From an uncultured Candidatus Rokubacteria bacterium (GTDB taxonomy: Bacteria > Methylomirabilota > Methylomirabilia > Rokubacteriales > CSP1-6), in the NCBI GenBank assembly GCA_963754315.1, contig CAVWFS010000003.1, positions 32,001-96,000 on the forward strand: 64,000 nt of DNA, given 5' to 3'. The position numbers were made by a program, and so were the translations under genes. The number at the start of each line of letters is the position of its first letter. The stretch's first letter is position 1. The notes under the pieces are model-generated. The model had not been told where the DNA came from. It saw only the letters and a list, made by a program, of their open reading frames with translations, and ran no database searches. Below are positions 31,045 through 40,624 of the stretch, in pieces.

Positions 31045-31428
31045 TTATCCTCTTCGCGGCCTTCCGAGCCGCTGCACGAACACGTTGATCCCTTTCTTGG
31101 CAGCAACCGCCATGCCGACGAGCTGGCCGACCTGGGTGAAGCCGCGTACGCCGACCACGAAGGCCCCGACGCTCGCCGTCACCTGACTGACGTGCTCGAT
31201 CATGGTCGATAGCCGCGCCACGCTGTTTCGCGCATCGCGGGTGACGGCCTGCGCCTCCTGGGTCAGCCCGCGGACGTCCTCCAGGGTGGGACCCAGCTTG
31301 ACCTCGACAACAGCGAGTACCTGCTCCAGTCGCAGGAGGGTGCGGCGCAGGGCTATGACCGCCGCCACGAGCGCGATGGTGAGGGCAACCGCGCACACGA
31401 TCAGAGGGATCAGCCACCAGGGGGACAT
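31045..31428 (-). CDS. DUF948/YoxC-like membrane-anchored coiled-coil protein
   Basis: N-terminal TM helix, coiled coil, C-terminal Gly-rich helix; paired with ytxH-like gene. Confidence 0.7.
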   Translation of the reverse strand: MSPWWLIPLIVCAVALTIALVAAVIALRRTLLRLEQVLAVVEVKLGPTLEDVRGLTQEAQAVTRDARNSVARLSTMIEHVSQVTASVGAFVVGVRGFTQVGQLVGMAVAAKKGINVFVQRLGRPRRG

Positions 31429-31436
31429 AACTGACA

Positions 31437-31504
31437 ATTATGGGCGGCGAACCCCCTAAAAGTCAATGAATACGTTGACTTTCTCGTCGCGGCCTCCCTA
31501 TAAT
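31437..31504. promoter_or_regulatory. Back-to-back divergent sigma70 promoters
   Basis: Minus strand: TTGACT (31466-31461), 18 bp, CATAAT (31442-31437). Plus strand: TTGACT (31475-31480), 18 bp, TATAAT (31499-31504). Confidence 0.8.
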
Positions 31505-31513
31505 CGGCCTGAC

Positions 31514-33067
31514 ATGGCCGGCCAGCACCAGCGCTTTGAGGAACTCCGCCGCCGTCGTCGGGAAGCCGAAGAGGGCGGCGGTGAGGAGCGTGTGCGTCGT
31601 CAGCACAAGGCTGGCAAGAAGACCGCGCGCGAGCGGCTCGACCTGCTCCTGGACCCTGGGTCCTTGGTGGAGATGGACCAGTTCGTGGTCCACCAGAGCC
31701 ACGACTTCGGCATGGAAGAACAGAGGATTCTCGGTGACGGCGTGGTGACCGGCTCCGGGCGCATTCACGGTCGGCCCGTTTTTGTATTTGCCCAGGATTT
31801 CACGGTCTTCGGTGGGTCCCTCTCGGAGGCATACGCCCGCAAGATCTGCAAGGTGATGGATCTCGCCATGAAGGTGGGAGTGCCCATGATCGGGCTCAAC
31901 GATTCAGGGGGCGCCCGCATCCAGGAGGGTGTCGTGTCGCTGGCTGGCTATGCCGACATCTTTCTGCGCAACACCCTGGCCTCCGGTGTGATTCCACAAA
32001 TTTCTGCCATCATGGGCCCGTGCGCGGGCGGCGCCGTGTACTCTCCCGCCATCACAGACTTCGTCCTCATGGTGAAGAATACCTCGTACATGTTCGTCAC
32101 CGGTCCCGACGTGATCCGGGCCGTGACGCACGAGGCGGTCTCCGCCGAGGATCTGGGCGGGGCGACCGCGCACGGCACGACCTCCGGAGTGGCCCACTTC
32201 GCCGCCGACAGCGAGGAGGAGTGCCTCGCGCTCATCCGCGAATTGCTCACCTTCCTGCCCCAGAACAACATGGAGGATCCGCCGCTCAAACCCACGCAAG
32301 ACCCCCCCGACCGGCGCGATGAGGCCTTACAGACTATCGTGCCGGAGCAGCCGAACAAGCCCTACGACATGAAGGACATCATCGGGACCGTCCTCGATGA
32401 CCACTACTTCTTCGAAGTGCAGGGGAGTTACGCCCCCAACCTGGTCATCGGCTTCGGCCGACTCGGAGGCCGGCCGGTGGGAATCGTGGCCAACCAGCCG
32501 GCACACCTGGCGGGGTGCCTCGACATCAACGCCTCCATCAAGGGCGCGCGCTTCGTGCGCTTCTGTGATTGCTTCAACATTCCCCTGCTGACCTTCGAGG
32601 ACGTGCCGGGGTTCCTTCCCGGTACGGCCCAGGAACACGGCGGAATCATCAAGCACGGGGCCAAGCTCCTGTACGCCTTCTGCGAGGCCACTGTGCCCAA
32701 GCTGACCGTGATTACCCGCAAAGCCTACGGCGGCGCCTACTGCGTCATGTCCTCCAAGCACATTCGCGGTGACGCGAACTTCGCCTATCCGAGTGCCGAG
32801 ATTGCGGTCATGGGCCCGGATGGAGCCGTGAATATCCTGTACCGTCGCGAGCTGGCGCCCGGGGGGGAGCTCGCGTCCCTCCGCGAGGAGAAGATCGGCG
32901 AGTATCGCGAGAAATTTGCCAATCCCTTCGTGGCGGCCGAGCGAGGCTACATCGACGAGATCATCGAGCCTCGTGACACGCGCGCGCGCCTCACCGCGGT
33001 CCTCGCACTGCTGCGCACGAAGCGCGACAGCAACCCGTCCAAGAAGCACGGCAACATTCCGCTATGA
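31514..33067 (+). CDS. pccB: Acyl-CoA (propionyl-CoA) carboxylase carboxyltransferase subunit
   Basis: [51 protein letters not shown]. Confidence 0.92.
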   Translation: MAGQHQRFEELRRRRREAEEGGGEERVRRQHKAGKKTARERLDLLLDPGSLVEMDQFVVHQSHDFGMEEQRILGDGVVTGSGRIHGRPVFVFAQDFTVFGGSLSEAYARKICKVMDLAMKVGVPMIGLNDSGGARIQEGVVSLAGYADIFLRNTLASGVIPQISAIMGPCAGGAVYSPAITDFVLMVKNTSYMFVTGPDVIRAVTHEAVSAEDLGGATAHGTTSGVAHFAADSEEECLALIRELLTFLPQNNMEDPPLKPTQDPPDRRDEALQTIVPEQPNKPYDMKDIIGTVLDDHYFFEVQGSYAPNLVIGFGRLGGRPVGIVANQPAHLAGCLDINASIKGARFVRFCDCFNIPLLTFEDVPGFLPGTAQEHGGIIKHGAKLLYAFCEATVPKLTVITRKAYGGAYCVMSSKHIRGDANFAYPSAEIAVMGPDGAVNILYRRELAPGGELASLREEKIGEYREKFANPFVAAERGYIDEIIEPRDTRARLTAVLALLRTKRDSNPSKKHGNIPL

Positions 33068-34644
33068 GCGGATCGGGCGGCGAACGTCAGCCGAAGTTCA
33101 CCACGTCGTGGGGGAGCGCGATCCCCAGCACGTACGAGCCGCTGCCGGGGGCCCCCGCCAGCGCGCCCGGCGAGTTCCCCTACACGCGCGGCATCCACCC
33201 GGGCATGTATCGCTCACGGCCGTGGACCATGCGTCAGTATGCGGGATTCGGCTCGGCGGCCGAGACCAACAAGCGATATCGATTCCTGCTCGACCAGGGC
33301 CAAACAGGGCTCTCGGTGGCCTTCGACCTCCCCACGCAGATGGGCTACGATCCCGACGCGCCGGCTGCCTACGGAGAGGTCGGCAAGGTCGGGGTCTCCA
33401 TCGCGTCGCTGGAGGACATGGAGGATCTCTTCCAGGGGATTCCCCTTGATCGCGTTTCCACGTCGATGACCATCAATGCCACGGCCTCGATCCTCCTCGG
33501 CCTCTACGTGGTGGTGGCCAGACGTCAGGGGGTGCCGCCGACCGCGCTGACCGGGACGGTCCAGAACGACATCCTGAAGGAGTACATCGCTCGAGGAACC
33601 TACGTGTTTCCTCCCGGCCCCTCGATGCGGATCATCACGGACATGTTCGCCTACTGCCGGGCGGAGGTCCCGCGCTGGAATACTATCTCCATCTCCGGGT
33701 ATCACATGCGGGAAGCCGGGTGCACGGCGGTGCAGGAAGTGGCATTCACCTTGGCCAACGCGATCGCCTATGTCGAGGCCGCCCGCGCCGCTGGACTCGC
33801 GGTCGATGAGTTCGCGCCTCAACTGTCCTTCTTCTTCAACGCGCACAATAACCTGCTCGAGGAGGTCGCGAAATTCCGAGCGGCCCGCACCCTGTGGGCG
33901 CGTCTCATGCGCGATCGCTTCGGGGCCCGCGACTCGCGCTCGCTCATGCTGCGCTTCCATGCCCAGACGGCGGGGAGCATGCTCACGGCCCAGCAGCCCG
34001 AGAACAACATCGTCAGGGTTGCCGTGCAGGCTCTGGCCGCCGTGCTCGGCGGCTGCCAGTCGCTCCACACAAACTCCATGGACGAGGCCCTCTCACTTCC
34101 CAGCGAGAAGGCCGTCCGCGTCGCGCTCCGGACCCAGCAGATTCTCGCGCACGAGTCGGGGGTGACGGCCACCGTCGATCCGCTCGGCGGGGCATTCGCG
34201 GTGGAGCGCCTCACGCGAGAGATCGAGGAGGAAGCGTCGACGTACATCGCTCGCATCGACGATCTCGGGGGGGCGGTGGCGGCCATCGCGTTCATGCAGG
34301 GCGAGATCCAGGAAGCCGCCTACCGCCACCAGCGTGAGATCGAGGAGCGGGCGAGGATCGTGGTGGGGGTCAATGAGTTCGTGACCGACGAGCCTCCCCC
34401 CGCGCAACTGTTCCAGATCGATCCGGCCCTCGGGCAGGCGTTGGCCGGACGCGTTCGGCGCTTGAGGGCAGGGCACCGTGATGGCGCGGAGCGCGCGCTC
34501 GATGCTCTCGCTCGTGCCGCCCGCGGGCGCGACAACCTCATGCTCCCCATCGTCGATGCCATCGAGGCCTCGGTCACCTTGGGCGAGATCTGCGATCGCC
34601 TGCGTGGGGTCTTCGGGACGTACCAGCCCACGGTCACCCTATGA
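33064..34644 (+). CDS. Methylmalonyl-CoA mutase family, large substrate-binding subunit without B12 domain
   Basis: [56 protein letters not shown]; no DxHxxG. Confidence 0.93.
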   Translation: MSGSGGERQPKFTTSWGSAIPSTYEPLPGAPASAPGEFPYTRGIHPGMYRSRPWTMRQYAGFGSAAETNKRYRFLLDQGQTGLSVAFDLPTQMGYDPDAPAAYGEVGKVGVSIASLEDMEDLFQGIPLDRVSTSMTINATASILLGLYVVVARRQGVPPTALTGTVQNDILKEYIARGTYVFPPGPSMRIITDMFAYCRAEVPRWNTISISGYHMREAGCTAVQEVAFTLANAIAYVEAARAAGLAVDEFAPQLSFFFNAHNNLLEEVAKFRAARTLWARLMRDRFGARDSRSLMLRFHAQTAGSMLTAQQPENNIVRVAVQALAAVLGGCQSLHTNSMDEALSLPSEKAVRVALRTQQILAHESGVTATVDPLGGAFAVERLTREIEEEASTYIARIDDLGGAVAAIAFMQGEIQEAAYRHQREIEERARIVVGVNEFVTDEPPPAQLFQIDPALGQALAGRVRRLRAGHRDGAERALDALARAARGRDNLMLPIVDAIEASVTLGEICDRLRGVFGTYQPTVTL

Positions 34645-35435
34645 GACGGGTCCTCGCGGTCGCGCTGCTCGTCGCTCTGTCCGCGTCCGCCGCCGAGGCG
34701 GGCCTGGCCGATCGGATCGGCGCGACATTCTCGTTCATGTCCGAGGAGTTCGTGAAGGCCTTCGACCCTCAGGAGGGCCTGGTGGTCGCCGTGGAGGGCG
34801 ACACCTTGTTCCTCGATCTTGGCGAGCAGTCCGGCGTCCAGGTTGGCCGGGAGTTCGTGGTGTTCCGCAAGGGGGAGCCTTTCCGGCACCCGATTACAGG
34901 GAAAGTGATCGGACGGTACGAAAACGTCCTCGGTCACGCCCAGGTCCGCAGCGTCTCCGCGGAGTTTTCCGAGGCGCTATTCATGCCCGGTCGTGATCAG
35001 CCGGGTCCACGGCCTGAGGACGGGGTGCGGATCAGCCGGGGTAGGATCAAGGTGGCCATCACACCGTTACTCGACCTTACCGGCGGCACGGCCGATGTCC
35101 GGCGAGTGCCCTACCTCTTCGCCAGCGTGCTCGACCGCACCAAGCGGTTCCAGGTTGTGGACCCCTTTGCCGTGACCGACATGTTCGCGAGCGGGGGCGC
35201 GCGCGTCGAGGAGGTCCTGGCGCGGCCCGCCCGAGCGATGAATATGGCCAAGAACCTGGATGTCGCGGGCTGGCTGGTGCCTATCCTGATCGAGCGGCGA
35301 GGGACCGTGCTCCTCGATGTGACCTACATCTCGGCCGTCACCGGCACGGCCCTCTTCTCTCGACGGCAGGCCCTCATCACGGAGAGTGTGGGGGAGGAGC
35401 AGCGCTTTCCGTGGGAGCCATTAATCGAGGATTGA
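34641..35435 (+). CDS. Exported hypothetical protein with HPxTG (FlgT-C-like) domain and alpha/beta domain
   Basis: Signal peptide [42 protein letters not shown] overlap with mutase stop. Confidence 0.8.
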   Translation: MRRVLAVALLVALSASAAEAGLADRIGATFSFMSEEFVKAFDPQEGLVVAVEGDTLFLDLGEQSGVQVGREFVVFRKGEPFRHPITGKVIGRYENVLGHAQVRSVSAEFSEALFMPGRDQPGPRPEDGVRISRGRIKVAITPLLDLTGGTADVRRVPYLFASVLDRTKRFQVVDPFAVTDMFASGGARVEEVLARPARAMNMAKNLDVAGWLVPILIERRGTVLLDVTYISAVTGTALFSRRQALITESVGEEQRFPWEPLIED

Positions 35436-35473
35436 GGGGGCTCGCATGCGGGGTGTGGTATGGTAGGCCGCGC

Positions 35474-36196
35474 ATGACGATGCAGCGGTCGGTCCTGCTG
35501 CTCCTCACCGTTCTTGCCCTGATCGGATGCGACAGCATGCGGAAGGTCATGGGTCTGTCCCAGGTGGGAGAGCCTTCCGAGCTCAAGTCAGCCGAGGCGC
35601 GCTGGCTGCTCATCAAGAACCCGCGCTACGGTGACGTGGCGAGCGAGCCGGAGTACATCTGGGTCGAGGAGGACAAGGTCCCGCTGACGTTCAAGACCCT
35701 GATCAACAAGAGCTCCGCGTACGCGCCCCCGGAGATCGTGGCCAAGTACGGTCCTCCTCCGGGCGGGGGCAAGATCAGCTCTCGCCAAGGCGTACCGTAC
35801 CAGCCGGCAGCCTCACCCCGTCCGCCGGCCGCCGGCGCCGTGACGACGCCGACCCCGGGGCGACCCTCGGCGGCCGCGTCGGGCGCAGTGCCGCCTGCGC
35901 CGCCGGGCCCCGCCCAGGAGATGCCCAAGCGCGGCTACGTCGTCCACGTCGAGACCTCACGCATCGCCGTCGATCTCACGTCCGCCGATGGCCTGCGGCC
36001 CGGAACAGTCGTCAGCGTACGTCGCGACAAGATGCCCATCATGCATCCCGTGACTGGCGAGAAGCTGGGTGAGCTGGACGAGGAGGTGGCCACGGCCAAG
36101 ATCGTGGAGGTACGCGACAAGTTTTCCGTCGGGGAGATCCAAAGCGTTCAGCCCGGATCACAGATCGAGGTCCGGGACCGCGTCGTTCCCAAGTAG
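35474..36196 (+). CDS. Hypothetical lipoprotein with Pro-rich linker and C-terminal HPxTG (FlgT-C-like) domain
   Basis: Lipobox LALIGC; PIMHPVTGEKLGELDEEVATAKIVEVRDKFSVG; TG-G-TATGGT ends 9 nt upstream of ATG. Confidence 0.8.
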   Translation: MTMQRSVLLLLTVLALIGCDSMRKVMGLSQVGEPSELKSAEARWLLIKNPRYGDVASEPEYIWVEEDKVPLTFKTLINKSSAYAPPEIVAKYGPPPGGGKISSRQGVPYQPAASPRPPAAGAVTTPTPGRPSAAASGAVPPAPPGPAQEMPKRGYVVHVETSRIAVDLTSADGLRPGTVVSVRRDKMPIMHPVTGEKLGELDEEVATAKIVEVRDKFSVGEIQSVQPGSQIEVRDRVVPK

Positions 36197-36206
36197 CGTC
36201 GGCCGC

Positions 36207-37205
36207 GTGGCCACTCCCACCCTCGAACAGATTCTGAAGGAGCGTGTGGCCGGACTCGTTGGCGACGACTTACGCCTCGTCGAGGAGGAGATCCGGCGCG
36301 AACTGGATTCGCCGGTGACCTTGATCCAGGACATGGGCGAGTACATCGCCGGGGCGGGAGGCAAGCGCTTGCGGCCAATGCTTCTCCTGCTCGCCGCTCG
36401 CCTGGCGGGCGCCCACGGCTCCCGCTGCGTGCGCCTGGCCTGCGTGGTCGAACTGCTGCACACCGCCACCCTCATCCACGATGACGTCGTCGATCAAGCC
36501 CCTCTGCGCCGCGGTCGCCCCTCGGCCAACGCCCAGTGGGGGGACGACGCCTCCGTGCTGGTAGGCGACCACCTCTATTCGAAATCGTTCGCCATGCTGG
36601 TGCGGGACAACGATCGCGCGGTGATGGAGACCTTGGCGCGGGCGACGGTATCCATGACGGAGGCCGAGGTCTTTCAGCTCGAGCGCAAGCGTAGCGGCCT
36701 GCTCACCGAGGCGGACTACATCCGTATCATCAGCCAGAAGACGGCCTCGTTCATCTCCGCCTGCTGCCGGATCGGCGGTCTGCTGGGGGATATCGGCCCT
36801 GAGCAGGTGGAGGCGCTCACGCGATACGGGCTCGACGTGGGTGTGGCCTTTCAGATCTCCGACGACTCCCTTGACTTTGTCGCTGACCAGAGTCGACTGG
36901 GCAAGGCGGTGGGGGCGGATCTGCGCGAGGGAAAGCGCACGCTGCCGCTCATCGCCATGCTCAAGCGAGCCTCCCCCGCCGAGGACGAGCGGGTGCGTCT
37001 CCTCCTGCGCCGGGCGACCTTGAGCCCGGCCGAAGTCGAGGAGATCCGGCAGCTCGTGGTCGAGCACGCCGGGGTGGAATACGCGATGGAGTGGGCCCAC
37101 GAATACGCCTCGGCCGCCAAGCGTGATCTCGAGGCGTTTCCACCCTCCGAGGAGCGGGAAACGCTCGCTCTCATCGCCGACTTCGTCGTCGACCGCGACC
37201 GCTGA
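36207..37205 (+). CDS. Polyprenyl diphosphate synthase (IspB/HepT-like)
   Basis: GGKRLRP, LIHDDVVD...RRG, KTA, FQISDDSLD, DLREGK. Confidence 0.94.
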   Translation: MATPTLEQILKERVAGLVGDDLRLVEEEIRRELDSPVTLIQDMGEYIAGAGGKRLRPMLLLLAARLAGAHGSRCVRLACVVELLHTATLIHDDVVDQAPLRRGRPSANAQWGDDASVLVGDHLYSKSFAMLVRDNDRAVMETLARATVSMTEAEVFQLERKRSGLLTEADYIRIISQKTASFISACCRIGGLLGDIGPEQVEALTRYGLDVGVAFQISDDSLDFVADQSRLGKAVGADLREGKRTLPLIAMLKRASPAEDERVRLLLRRATLSPAEVEEIRQLVVEHAGVEYAMEWAHEYASAAKRDLEAFPPSEERETLALIADFVVDRDR

Positions 37206-37225
37206 CCAGCGGCCGGTATCCCGGC

Positions 37226-38008
37226 GTGCGGGCCATCATCACCCTCACCACCGATTTCGGGTTGAGGGATTCCTACGTGGCCCAGATGAAGGCGGTCATC
37301 CTCGGGATCATCGGCGACGTCCACATCGTCGACATCTCTCACGAGGTCGAACCGCACGACATCACGGCGGGGGCGCTGACCCTCGAAGAGGCGGTTGGCG
37401 CCTTTCCTCCCGGCACGGTCCACGTGGGCGTCGTTGATCCCGGCGTCGGAACCCGGCGCCGCGGCCTGGCGGTGGCCGTCCCCGGGTTCTTGCTGGTGGG
37501 GCCCGACAACGGGCTCTTCACGCCCTTTCTCGGGGGCGATCGTTGGGAGGCGTTCGAAATTTCTGCCGCGGAGTTCCGGCGACCCGTCGTCAGCCGGACC
37601 TTCCACGGCCGAGACATCTTTGCGCCCGCCGCCGCCCACCTCGCCACCGGGCTCCCGCCCCATCGCCTCGGTCCAGCCGTCCACGACCCCGTGCGCTTGA
37701 GCTGGCCCGCTGTTCACGCCGTGGGCGGCGACGTGGCCGGTGTCGTCATCCACGTCGATCGCTTCGGCAATCTCGTGACGTCGATCCCCGCTGAGAGGGC
37801 GGCTCTTCTGGGATCGGGAGTCGTGGTCCGCGTGGGGGATCGTGTTCTGCCGCTGGTGACCACATACGCCGATCTCGAGCACGGGAAACCCGGGGCTTTG
37901 ATCGGTTCGACCAACCGCCTCGAGGTCGCTGTCCGCGAGGGAAGCGCCCAAGCCTATCTCAACGCCACCCGTGGCACTCCCGTCGTCCTGACGAGGCCTT
38001 GCGGCTAA
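37226..38008 (+). CDS. DUF62 SAM hydroxide adenosyltransferase (chlorinase/fluorinase superfamily)
   Basis: ITLTTDFG, VVDPGVGTRRR, GPDNG, SRTFHGRDIFAP, DRFGNLVT. Confidence 0.92.
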   Translation: MRAIITLTTDFGLRDSYVAQMKAVILGIIGDVHIVDISHEVEPHDITAGALTLEEAVGAFPPGTVHVGVVDPGVGTRRRGLAVAVPGFLLVGPDNGLFTPFLGGDRWEAFEISAAEFRRPVVSRTFHGRDIFAPAAAHLATGLPPHRLGPAVHDPVRLSWPAVHAVGGDVAGVVIHVDRFGNLVTSIPAERAALLGSGVVVRVGDRVLPLVTTYADLEHGKPGALIGSTNRLEVAVREGSAQAYLNATRGTPVVLTRPCG

Positions 38009-38015
38009 GGAATTG

Positions 38016-38387
38016 TCAGTCCTTCGACGAGGTGGCAGCCTCGGTGCTCGAGCTCGGCGTTGCGGTACTAGACTTTTCAGCCGAGGCCTTGTCCGTCGAG
38101 GCCTTGTCCGTCGAGGCCTTGTCCGTCGATGACTTGTCGCCCGACGTGGTCTCCGTGGCTGGCTTCTTGTCGCCACCCTTTTCGGACTCACGGGCCTTTT
38201 TCCTGGCCTCCGACGGATAGTCAGTCACGTACCAGCCCTCGCCTTTCAAGATGAAGGGGGCTGCGCTGAGGAGCCGTCGCACGGCCCCCCCGCACTTCTC
38301 GCAGGTCGTCAGGGGGGCGGCCGAGATTCGCTGCTTCTCCTCGAACACCCGGCCGCACTTCAGGCATTCGTACTCGTATGTTGGCAC
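38016..38387 (-). CDS. FmdB-family zinc-ribbon protein
   Basis: MPTYEYECLKCG...CEKCGG...FILKGEGWYVTDY with low-complexity tail. Confidence 0.92.
   Translation of the reverse strand: MPTYEYECLKCGRVFEEKQRISAAPLTTCEKCGGAVRRLLSAAPFILKGEGWYVTDYPSEARKKARESEKGGDKKPATETTSGDKSSTDKASTDKASTDKASAEKSSTATPSSSTEAATSSKD
38083..38139 (-). repeat. In-frame 15-bp tandem repeat (DKAST)
   Basis: gaggccttgtccgtc x3 plus a degenerate flanking copy. Confidence 0.88.
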
Positions 38388-38395
38388 GAATCTGA

Positions 38396-38425
38396 ACGAT
38401 ACATGGGCCTATCGCATAGTGTCAA
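38396..38425 (-). promoter_or_regulatory. Sigma70 promoter for FmdB-like gene
   Basis: Minus strand TTGACA, 18 bp, TATCGT, then 8 nt to GTG; no SD. Confidence 0.72.
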
Positions 38426-38685
38426 GGCGCGCCGGGAACGGTACCCGTCACGGTGGTCGCCCACGAGTCGGCCCGTGCCGGGTTGTCGCACCGGCGTTGT
38501 CCCTGCCCACGGGGCGCACCTCGGTAACCCCGGCCCGTCCCTAGACTCTCGGAACCTCCCAGGTAGGACCTCCTCCAGGAGGGCCTCGGCCTTCGCAATC
38601 GGTCGCCCTTTGACCACGCCGCGGCAGAGCAATTTCGAAGGCTTGGGGAGGGGAGCTAACCATAGCCCCGGTCTGCAGTTTTTTG

Positions 38686-38715
38686 TTGACCAGGATTCCG
38701 ATGGTGCGGTAGAAG
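38686..38715 (+). promoter_or_regulatory. Putative promoter for beta-barrel gene
   Basis: T-tract, TTGACC (38686-38691), 18 bp, TAGAAG; RBS GAGGAGG at 38801-38807. Confidence 0.4.
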
Positions 38716-38813
38716 AGTGGCACCTGCCCAAGGCGGGTGCAGCTGTTGTTGTGCGTGTCGGTGCGAATTGGTTCTTGTTTTCACTTAGTTAACCTCACAT
38801 GAGGAGGCTGTAA

Positions 38814-40545
38814 ATGAGGAAGGTCGCGGCAGTCCTCTTCTTCATCGCTGCCCTCGGAATGCTGGCCCCGCCGGCCTTCGCCCAGGCCCCGGCGCCGGCT
38901 CCGGCTCCGAAGGTGACGATCAACGGCTTGGTCGACTTCGTCGCCACGTACTACTACAACTGGTCGGGAGGTACCGGGGCGGACGGTACCGGTGGTCTCA
39001 ACTCCTCGGACGTTACCAACGCCCGGGACAAGGGCTGGTACACCCGCGAGCGAGGCGTGTTCACCATCACCGGTGAGGTCGGGCGTAGCCGGGGTGTGTG
39101 GGCCGTCGAGCTCGACTTCACCAACGGCGCTGGCCTGACATCGGCAACTCCGGCAGCGCGTTCAACGGTGGTATACAGGGGCCTTCGATGAGTCGGGACC
39201 TCGGCCAACTTCGACGAGGACATCGACGTCGCCTCGGTCGTGGAGACCAAGTGGCTCTACATCGAGACGCCGGCCACAGGCGCCGGGTCGTTCCTCCCGT
39301 GGATTCCCTTCGACAGCATCATCCGGGTCGGTGGCCAGCCGGCGCGCGGCATCGACTACAAGAACGGCATGCTGCTGAGCGGTGACATCCCGGGCGCCAC
39401 GCTCCAGACCAACTGGACACCTGACATCCGCAGCACGGTGGCCTTCGTCGCAGCTGGCGGCGAAGCTCGATCCGATCACCGCTCCCGGCGCCAACCAGAA
39501 CTGGGCCGACGGCGGCCGCCCTCGAGATGGACGTCTTCAAGAACTTCACGATCAAGCCCACGTATGCCTACGCGTGGATGCACGGTGGAAGCTGTAATGC
39601 CAGCGCGAGACAGCGACGGGCGCGGCTCTCGGTAATCCCACCGCGGGCGGTGTCCAGCTAAACTCCTGCGGGCACACCGGTCCTCCGTTTTCGCCGCTGA
39701 CGACCCAGCAGAATACCGTCGGCGGCGACATACGGTGGGTCCTGGGCGGCTTCTCGCTCCAGCCGACCTTTCTCTATCAGTTCGGCACGTTCGAGACGTT
39801 CGTTATGGGTCCTGGGCAGTTCATCAACCCCGTGACCGGCCTGCCGAATAGCTTCGCCGGCGGATTCGGGAAGCGGACCGAGGACGTCAGCGCCTTTATC
39901 TTCGATACGATCGCCGGCTACCGGATCGGCCCCCTCAACATCCAGGCCCGCGCCATGTTCACCTCTGGTCAGAATGCCCAGTCGAACATCCAGAACGGCG
40001 CCAACCGCCGGTACTACCGGGCGATCAACTCCGCGTTCGGGTACATGGCCGGCTGGACCGACATCCAGACGGGCGGCGTCGACTACATCACGGCCGCCAT
40101 GGTCGGTATCCCGGGCCTAGTGCTGCGGGAGTCGCCCAGCTACGACAAGTACGGGCGGATCTTCTTCGGCTTGGCGTCCGACTACGCCCTCACGCCGGCC
40201 CTGACGTTCACCGGCCTGGGCAACGCGAGCTTTACGCCGTACAAGGTCAACACGCGGAGCATCCTGACCGTGAACGGTCTGGCACAGTGCCCCGCCACCT
40301 TCACGGCCGGCTTCGGAAACTGCACCAGCGACGGGCGTGGCACCGAGCAGTTCCTCGGCGTCGAAGCCGCGCTCGGCATGACGTACCGCTTCGCGCCGAA
40401 CATCGCTCTCGACGTCATCGGGTCCTACATGTGGACCGGCCCGGCGCTCGACAACGCCGGCGTGGCCGGCGGCGTCATCGGGCCAGACCCGCGCGACGCC
40501 AAGGACATCGCCAAGTTCACCACCCGGCTGCGTTTCACGTTCTAA
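38814..40545 (+). pseudogene. Outer-membrane beta-barrel/porin-like protein broken by several frameshifts
   Basis: Signal peptide ...APPAFAQ, amphipathic beta-strands across frames (VWAVELDF, VETKWLYIETP, FTIKPTYAY, LQPTFLYQFG), C-terminal TTRLRFTF with terminal Phe. Confidence 0.75.
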
Positions 40546-40574
40546 GCTCGGTCGGGCAGTTGGTGCACGGCGAG

Positions 40575-40609
40575 GGCATGGGAGAACCCCATGCCCCCGT
40601 TGCTTTTTT
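40575..40609 (+). terminator. Candidate intrinsic terminator
   Basis: GGCATGGG-agaac-CCCATGCC hairpin followed by cccgttgcTTTTTT. Confidence 0.5.
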
Positions 40610-40624
40610 GGTATAGTCCGAGTG

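Noticed and set aside
33064..34644. Isobutyryl-CoA mutase
   Set aside because: The specificity positions are Tyr and Arg rather than Phe and Gln.
37226..38008. Fluorinase/chlorinase for halometabolite synthesis
   Set aside because: Has the DUF62 hydrolase-type DPGVG.RR and TFHGRD (His) motifs and no biosynthetic context.
38500..38660. c-di-GMP-I, SAM-I riboswitch or 6S RNA assignment
   Set aside because: Only short fragments resemble these families; required conserved elements could not be found by eye.
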